This document shows positions 63,138 to 64,000 of a DNA stretch of 64,000 bases, one piece after another; position 1 is the first letter of the stretch, and the number at the start of each line of letters is the position of its first letter. Source of the DNA: Candidatus Aminicenantes bacterium (lineage in GTDB: Bacteria; Acidobacteriota; Aminicenantia; Aminicenantales; UBA4085); NCBI GenBank assembly GCA_026393855.1, contig JAPKZJ010000011.1, positions 5,761-69,760 of the forward strand, read 5' to 3'. A model generated the notes under the pieces. That model saw only the letters and a program-made list of their open reading frames with translations. It did not search any database and was not told where the DNA came from. Made by a program: the position numbers and the translations under genes.

Positions 63138-63860
63138 ATGAAGAAAACGCATTTGTTTCGTCCGGTCCTGATCCTGGCCTTGGCGGCCGCCCTCCTGGGC
63201 GCCGGCTCGGTGTCCGCGCAGGACCTCAAGCCCGTGACTCTGGGCCAGACCATGCCCAACTTCGCCCTGCCCGTCTTCCAGGGCGGCGAGGCGAGCATCG
63301 CGGGCCTGGCGGGCAAGAATATCCTCTTGATTTTCCCCCGCGGCCTGGCCGGTGAGAACCACTGGTGCCACGTCTGCAACTACCAGTATGCGGACCTCAC
63401 GGCGCTGGAGAAAGAAACCGGCTTCCGCAAGTCTCACAACCTCGAGGTGCTCTTCGTCCTACCCTATTCCCGGGCCATGGTCCAGGATTGGGTGGACGAT
63501 TTCGCTGACCAGCTGAACGACATCGAAGCCTGGAAAAACCCCGCCGACGCCGACAAGCTGGACGAGAAAGGGAAGGCCCGCCTCCTTCTGATGCGGACCG
63601 CCTTCCCCCGCCGCCTCCTCTATGAGAAGGGCCATATCCCCCTGCCGTTCCCCATTCTGATCGATGACGGGGCCAAGGTCTCCAAGGGGCTGGGTCTCTT
63701 CACGCTGGACTGGGGCGGATCCAAGATCGAGCAGAACGTCCCCACCGTGCTCTTGATCGACGCGAAGGGAGCCGTCCGCTTCAAGTACATCAGCCAGACG
63801 ACCTTCGACCGCCCCCAGGCCGAGTACCTGTTGAAGTTCCTCGAAACGATCATGAAGTGA
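63138..63860 (+). CDS. Secreted thioredoxin-fold redoxin (AhpC/TSA-like) protein
   Basis: 240 aa. Signal peptide. MPNFALPVF..GKNILLIFPRG..WCHVCN (CxxC). Confidence 0.65.
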   Translation: MKKTHLFRPVLILALAAALLGAGSVSAQDLKPVTLGQTMPNFALPVFQGGEASIAGLAGKNILLIFPRGLAGENHWCHVCNYQYADLTALEKETGFRKSHNLEVLFVLPYSRAMVQDWVDDFADQLNDIEAWKNPADADKLDEKGKARLLLMRTAFPRRLLYEKGHIPLPFPILIDDGAKVSKGLGLFTLDWGGSKIEQNVPTVLLIDAKGAVRFKYISQTTFDRPQAEYLLKFLETIMK

Positions 63861-63889
63861 CTGCGCCCATCCGGCGCAGGAGGTCAGCC

Positions 63890-64000
63890 ATGGCCGATAT
63901 CAGGCGCGATCACGAGCCGCCCGAGGCCGTCGCGGAATGGGGCTGGCGCTATCATCATCTGGGCATCCCGACGACGATCCCGAGGCCCGGAGAAGTCTAT
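63890..64000 (+). CDS. VOC/glyoxalase-like protein (partial, 5' end only)
   Basis: AGGAGG at 63878-63883, ATG 63890. MADIRRDHEPPEAVAEWGWRYHHLGIPTT.. resembles the start of VOC-family proteins. It runs off the window. Confidence 0.35.
   Translation, partial: MADIRRDHEPPEAVAEWGWRYHHLGIPTTIPRPGEVY

Overview
This is a GC-rich (by eye) bacterial chromosomal segment with about 55 protein-coding genes. I found no rRNA, tRNA, CRISPR array, transposase or integrase by eye. The gene content points to a strictly anaerobic, diderm organism: a glycyl-radical enzyme, a tungsten-type aldehyde:ferredoxin oxidoreductase, radical-SAM maturases, a TonB-dependent receptor, lipoproteins and a Tat signal. The phylum cannot be fixed from this window.

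Layout:
- 1-12 kb: secreted peptide and glycan scavenging enzymes (M28 peptidase, GH38-like protein, six-hairpin glycosidase-like protein, Gfo/Idh/MocA oxidoreductase, GalM, DPP-IV-type S9 peptidase).
- 12-50 kb: an unusually complete nucleic-acid, nucleoside and base catabolic supercluster.
  - XdhAB plus a LOG/PpnN-like nucleosidase.
  - A 13-kb nine-gene operon of the poorly understood YgeW/YgeY/SsnA/HyuA type, with a second Mo-hydroxylase, a DPD-like flavo-FeS enzyme and two PLP enzymes.
  - A divergent cdd-deoC-aor-moaD-pdp-yjjG operon.
  - nupG, add-PRT-udk, and a TonB-dependent receptor.
  - A punA-deoB-tdk-5'-nucleotidase operon.
- 50-54.6 kb: an uncharacterised MFS / P-loop / amidohydrolase operon, plus an orphan anaerobic sulfatase-maturase-like radical SAM gene.
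- 55.3-58.7 kb: a glycyl-radical enzyme pair whose active-site pattern matches trans-4-hydroxy-L-proline dehydratase (HypD).
- 58.7-64 kb: secreted glycosidase-like proteins, a CMD-family protein, GH43 and a redoxin.

Two small type II TA modules (Phd/PIN and VapBC) and a degenerate antitoxin fragment interrupt the metabolic genes.

Most noteworthy:
- The variant anaerobic purine/pyrimidine-ring degradation operon.
- A 37-nt promoter/operator block shared verbatim by two purine operons.
- The deoC-tungsten AOR linkage.
- A 290-nt rod-like imperfect inverted repeat (candidate structured RNA or MITE) between two convergent genes.
- Several apparently leaderless transcripts.

All promoter, terminator and structure calls come from hand inspection only.
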